A DNA stretch of 64,000 bases from Vulcanimicrobiota bacterium (GTDB taxonomy: Bacteria; Vulcanimicrobiota; Vulcanimicrobiia; Eremiobacterales; Eremiobacteraceae). The stretch spans positions 1,824,001 to 1,888,000 of the forward strand of contig CAWETU010000001.1 of NCBI GenBank assembly GCA_963812135.1. The letters run 5' to 3'. The notes under the pieces are model-generated. The model did no database searches, was not told the DNA's origin, and was given only the letters and a program-made list of their open reading frames with translations. Positions 60,374 to 64,000 of the stretch are shown in pieces. Position 1 is the stretch's first letter. Every line of letters begins with the position of its first letter. A program made the position numbers and the translations under genes.

Positions 60374-61014
60374 TTCTTGCGGACCTGCGCGATCGTCGCA
60401 GCCGGATCCGCCGTGCCGTAGATCCCGGCGCCCATGACGACCGTGTCGGCGCCTGCCCGGCCGATGTCCGCGACATTGTCGAGCGTCACGCCGCCGTCGA
60501 CTTCCACTTCTATCTTGAGGCGGCGCTCGTCGATCAGCCGGCGCGCCGCGGCGATCTTGGCGGTCGACGTCGGGATGTACGACTGACCGCTGAAGCCCGG
60601 GTTCACCGACATGACGAGCAAGAGATCGATGTACGGCAATATCTCGTCGAGCACCAACAGCGATGTCGCCGGATTGATCGCCAGACCCGCGCGGGCGCCG
60701 AGCTCTTTGATGTGGTGGACGAGACGGTTGGCGTGCACGGTCGCTTCCCAATGCACCGTGACGATGTTCGCGCCGGCCTTCACGAAATCGGCGACGTAGC
60801 GTTCGGGTTCGACGATCATCAGATGGGCGTCGAACGTGAGCGGCGAGAGCGGACGGAGGTCGTGCACGATCTTGGGGCCCCACGTGATGTTCGGCACGAA
60901 GCGGCCATCCATGATATCCAAATGGAGATAGTCGGCACCGGCGCGCTCGACGATTTTGATCTGCTCGCGGATATCGGCGAAATCAGCCGACAGCAACGAA
61001 GGCGCGATCTTCAT
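60364..61014 (-). CDS. rpe: Ribulose-phosphate 3-epimerase
   Basis: APSLLSADF, HLDIMDG, MSVNPGF, VDGG. Confidence 0.97.
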   Translation of the reverse strand: MKIAPSLLSADFADIREQIKIVERAGADYLHLDIMDGRFVPNITWGPKIVHDLRPLSPLTFDAHLMIVEPERYVADFVKAGANIVTVHWEATVHANRLVHHIKELGARAGLAINPATSLLVLDEILPYIDLLLVMSVNPGFSGQSYIPTSTAKIAAARRLIDERRLKIEVEVDGGVTLDNVADIGRAGADTVVMGAGIYGTADPAATIAQVRKKCP

Positions 61015-61048
61015 ACGGCTGGCGTTCTTGGCGGCTCCGGCAGTTCCC

Positions 61049-62191
61049 TCAAAGCTGGTTCGTGTTCGTGAGCACGCCCTCGACGTAGGTCTGCACCGTG
61101 CCGGCGCCGGTCAGCGTGATGTCGAGCTGCAGCGTGAAGCCGCCTTTGGTCGTCTGGTCGTACAGATCGCGCGAGCCTGACGCATCCACTAGCACCACCC
61201 GCACTCGCTTTGGCGAGGGCAATGAGGGCAGCGCGACTTGCACGCGGATCGAGCGCGCGGCTGGCGCCGGCGATGGACTTGGCGCGCCGCTCGGGCCGGC
61301 GCTCGGCGGCGCGGATTCAGGCGCGGCGCTCGCCGCTTCTGTCGGGAGCGGCGTCGGCGACGGCGGCAACGTCGGCAGCGGCGTCGGGGTCGGCGGCGGA
61401 CCGCCGCTGACGTGCACAATGATCTTCTCTCCGACCTCGAGCGGCTGGCCGGGCAGTGGGTCTTGGGCGACGACGATGCCCCGCGGCTTGGCGTTCTTCG
61501 CGATCGGCAGCCACAGCGGCGGTCCAAGCGATACGCCGGTCTGTTTCGCGGCGACCTCCGAGAACGGCAAGCTGAGGCCGATAAAATTCGGCACGTATTC
61601 CTGCGGCCGGCCTTGGGCGACCGCGACGTCCACTTTGGTGCCGGCCGGCACGTTCGACGCAGCGATCGGGTTTTGCGACAAGATGCGTCCGGCAAAGACA
61701 GCGTCGCTGTGCTGGCTCGTCACTTTGCCGAGATCGAGCCGCGCGTTCGCGAGCGCGATCTGCGCGTCGCGCACCGACAAGCCGGTCACATCCGGCACCG
61801 CGGAGACGGTGGGACCGTCTGAGACGATCACGTCGACGATGCGGCCTTGGCGCACGTGCTCGCCGGGTGCGGGGAACTGTCCGAGTATCGCGTCCTTGGA
61901 GATCTTCTCGTCGTTGTGATGGGCGACGACGCGCAAGCTGACGCCGAACCGCACGGCGGACGCTTGCGCCGAGTCCACGTTCTGTCCGGTGAAGTCCGGC
62001 AGCACGACCACGTCGCCTGACGGCGAGAGCAGCCGGTATGCGGAGACCGAGACGACGATGATCATCACGACGAGCGCGACGAGCGCCAGTGCGAGCACCG
62101 GGATGCGGGGCATGCGAATCGTCGCCGGTCGCGACGGGGGTTGTGCGTAGCCGACGGTACGCCGGCGTTTGCGCGGTGGTCCGCTGCTCAC
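61049..62191 (-). CDS. Membrane protein with three PASTA domains, no kinase domain
   Basis: TM helix then three (L/V)P...G...Q.P..G repeats and a Pro-rich linker. Confidence 0.85.
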   Translation of the reverse strand: MSSGPPRKRRRTVGYAQPPSRPATIRMPRIPVLALALVALVVMIIVVSVSAYRLLSPSGDVVVLPDFTGQNVDSAQASAVRFGVSLRVVAHHNDEKISKDAILGQFPAPGEHVRQGRIVDVIVSDGPTVSAVPDVTGLSVRDAQIALANARLDLGKVTSQHSDAVFAGRILSQNPIAASNVPAGTKVDVAVAQGRPQEYVPNFIGLSLPFSEVAAKQTGVSLGPPLWLPIAKNAKPRGIVVAQDPLPGQPLEVGEKIIVHVSGGPPPTPTPLPTLPPSPTPLPTEAASAAPESAPPSAGPSGAPSPSPAPAARSIRVQVALPSLPSPKRVRVVLVDASGSRDLYDQTTKGGFTLQLDITLTGAGTVQTYVEGVLTNTNQL

Positions 62192-62949
62192 GCGAGCGCT
62201 TCGAGCACGTCGACGGGGATCTCGGCGTTGGAGTACACGTGCGTCACGTCGTCGTGATCTTCAAGCGCGTCGAGGAGCTTCAGGACCGCAGGCGCGCTTT
62301 CGCGGGTCACATCGACCTGCGATTTGGCGAGCAGCTCGAGCGACGCGGCTGCAACGGTGAGTCCGCGCGGTTGGAGCAACGTGCGTTCGATTTCTGCACG
62401 GACGTGACCGAGCGCGCGCGGCTCCGTGATAATGTCCGCGCCGTCGCGCTCGAGCTTGACGTCGACGACGCCATCGACGATCGCGCAGTCGAGCAGTTCG
62501 CTCTCGGAGATGCCCGCGGTCGGAATGCTGATCACGCCGCGCTCTTCGAAGAGCCAGCCGACGCTGCCGGTCTCGCCGAGGTTGCCGCCGTTGCGCGAGA
62601 ACACGTAGCGCATCTCGGACGCCGTGCGGTTGCGGTTGTCGGTCACCGCATCCACGATCACCGCGACGCCGTTCGGGCCATAGCCCTCATAGCGGATCTC
62701 TTCGAACGCGTCGCCCTTGCCGGCGCCCGACGCTCGTGCGATCGCACGCTTGATGTTGTCCATCGGCATGTTGTTGTCGCGCGCTTTGGCGACCGCCATC
62801 TTCAGCTTGAAATTAGCTTCGGGATCCGGCGAGCCGGAACGCGCCGCGACGATGATCTCTTTGCTCAGCTTGGTGAAGAGCTGCCCGCGCTGCGCGTCGA
62901 CCTTGCCCTTCTTGAGCTTGATGTTGTGCCATTTGGAATGTCCGGACAT
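62188..62949 (-). CDS. YebC/PmpR-family protein
   Basis: MSGHSKW.NIK, YEGYGP.G, TDNRNRT. Confidence 0.96.
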   Translation of the reverse strand: MSGHSKWHNIKLKKGKVDAQRGQLFTKLSKEIIVAARSGSPDPEANFKLKMAVAKARDNNMPMDNIKRAIARASGAGKGDAFEEIRYEGYGPNGVAVIVDAVTDNRNRTASEMRYVFSRNGGNLGETGSVGWLFEERGVISIPTAGISESELLDCAIVDGVVDVKLERDGADIITEPRALGHVRAEIERTLLQPRGLTVAAASLELLAKSQVDVTRESAPAVLKLLDALEDHDDVTHVYSNAEIPVDVLEALA

Positions 62950-62955
62950 GGTGCG

Positions 62956-63690
62956 CTATGCCTGTTGGCGCTGTGCGACCGGCGGGTTGAGCGGCTTACC
63001 CATGCGCAAGCGCACGATGTCGCGGATCGTCCGCAGGATGACTTTGGGCGTCGCGCCCTTGGAGACGCCGGTGGTGCGGGGGTAGTGATGCACGCCGATC
63101 TCCTTGACCGGCACGCCGTTGCGCTTGAGTTTGATCAGCAGCTCCGAGCTGATGAACGCGCCGTTGGATTCGAGGTCGACCCCGCGCAGCGTCTCGCGTC
63201 GCAGAAGCTTCCAGGCGCAGTCGATGTCGCGGATGCGCAGCCCGAACACCATCCAAATGATGAAGCGATACGTCTTCGCGATGAACAGTCGATGCCATGG
63301 ATCGCTGCGCTTGATGCGATAACCGGCGACGACCGGCGTGCTGCGCGCCAGCTCGAGCGTCGCGGGCAGCTCGCCGAGGTCGAACTGACCGTCCGCATCG
63401 GAGAAGAACACGAGGTCTTTGGTCGCGCTGGCGAATCCCGTGCGCAGGGCGGCGCCATAGCCGCGGTTGACGTCGTGGAGCACCAGCCGGACGCGCGGGT
63501 CTTCGCCTGCCAGCGACTCGACGATCTGCGCGGTGCCGTCGGCGCTGCCGTCGTCGACGACGATCACTTCGAAGTCGGATACGTCGCGCTGCGCCGCGCC
63601 GACCGCATTGCGCACGGTGCGCTCGATGATGCCTTCCTCGTTGAACGCCGGGAAGAAGATGGAAAGCGACCGAGCGGCTACGTCGGCCAC
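62956..63690 (-). CDS. GT2 polyprenol-phosphate glycosyltransferase (Dpm1-like)
   Basis: PAFNEE, VDDGS.D, N.GYG.A, DADGQ. Confidence 0.88.
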   Translation of the reverse strand: MADVAARSLSIFFPAFNEEGIIERTVRNAVGAAQRDVSDFEVIVVDDGSADGTAQIVESLAGEDPRVRLVLHDVNRGYGAALRTGFASATKDLVFFSDADGQFDLGELPATLELARSTPVVAGYRIKRSDPWHRLFIAKTYRFIIWMVFGLRIRDIDCAWKLLRRETLRGVDLESNGAFISSELLIKLKRNGVPVKEIGVHHYPRTTGVSKGATPKVILRTIRDIVRLRMGKPLNPPVAQRQQA

Positions 63691-63691
63691 G

Positions 63692-64000
63692 TCAGATCCA
63701 GCCGATACAATCTTGTTTTTGCCCGGGATTGCAAGCCCACGGCAGCCACATGTGCTCCGACCATGTCTTCTCTGGAATCACCACATATCCCAGAATCGGG
63801 TAGAAATAGGCGAAGCTGATCACGCACAGCGCGAGATAGGCGGCGGCCGCTATACGCACGGCAAACAGACGGTTCGGCTCTTCTTTCACTGCGGCACTCG
63901 CCCAACGCCAGAGTCGCAACAAGACATACGCGGTGCACAGGCATACCAATGCGGTGTTATTGTAGATGTTATATTGGAAGTCGATGCGCGGCGAGCCGAC
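63692..64000 (-). CDS. C-terminus of a probable polyprenyl-phosphate-mannose:protein mannosyltransferase (GT39-like); partial
   Basis: PRI.F.Y, FAYFYPIL.......W..HMWLPW resembles the PMT C-terminal region. Confidence 0.6.
   Translation of the reverse strand, partial: VGSPRIDFQYNIYNNTALVCLCTAYVLLRLWRWASAAVKEEPNRLFAVRIAAAAYLALCVISFAYFYPILGYVVIPEKTWSEHMWLPWACNPGQKQDCIGWI

Overview
GC-rich bacterial chromosome segment, mostly minus-strand housekeeping genes. The gene order is Terrabacteria-like: PIN/TRAM-ispD-ispF-gltX-cysE-cysS-rlmB-sigH, then tRNAs-tuf-rpmG-secE-nusG-rplKAJL; also recA-recX-pgeF, ftsY and rpe-thiL-rpmB-fakA-plsX-fakB. A Ca. Eremiobacterota-like origin is plausible but is inference only. 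The normally compact Thr-Tyr-Gly-Thr tRNA cluster upstream of tuf is split by accessory blocks, including a tandemly duplicated PilV/PilW/PilX-like minor-pilin module with Pro/Thr tails. Main unannotated signals: (1) a 29-codon leader ORF ending Cys-Cys-Cys upstream of cysE-cysS, whose last codons are complementary to the cysE ribosome-binding site (candidate Cys-sensing translational attenuator); (2) about 17 GTAG-type REP-like hairpins in two families, some read in-frame inside genes; (3) six single-base +1 frame breaks, all at minus-strand CTT and one in recA, most likely a systematic sequencing error; (4) a BldC-like HTH coupled to a WhiG/FliA sigma factor; (5) a palindrome overlapping a perfect recA promoter. 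All product calls come from motif recognition by eye, with no database search.
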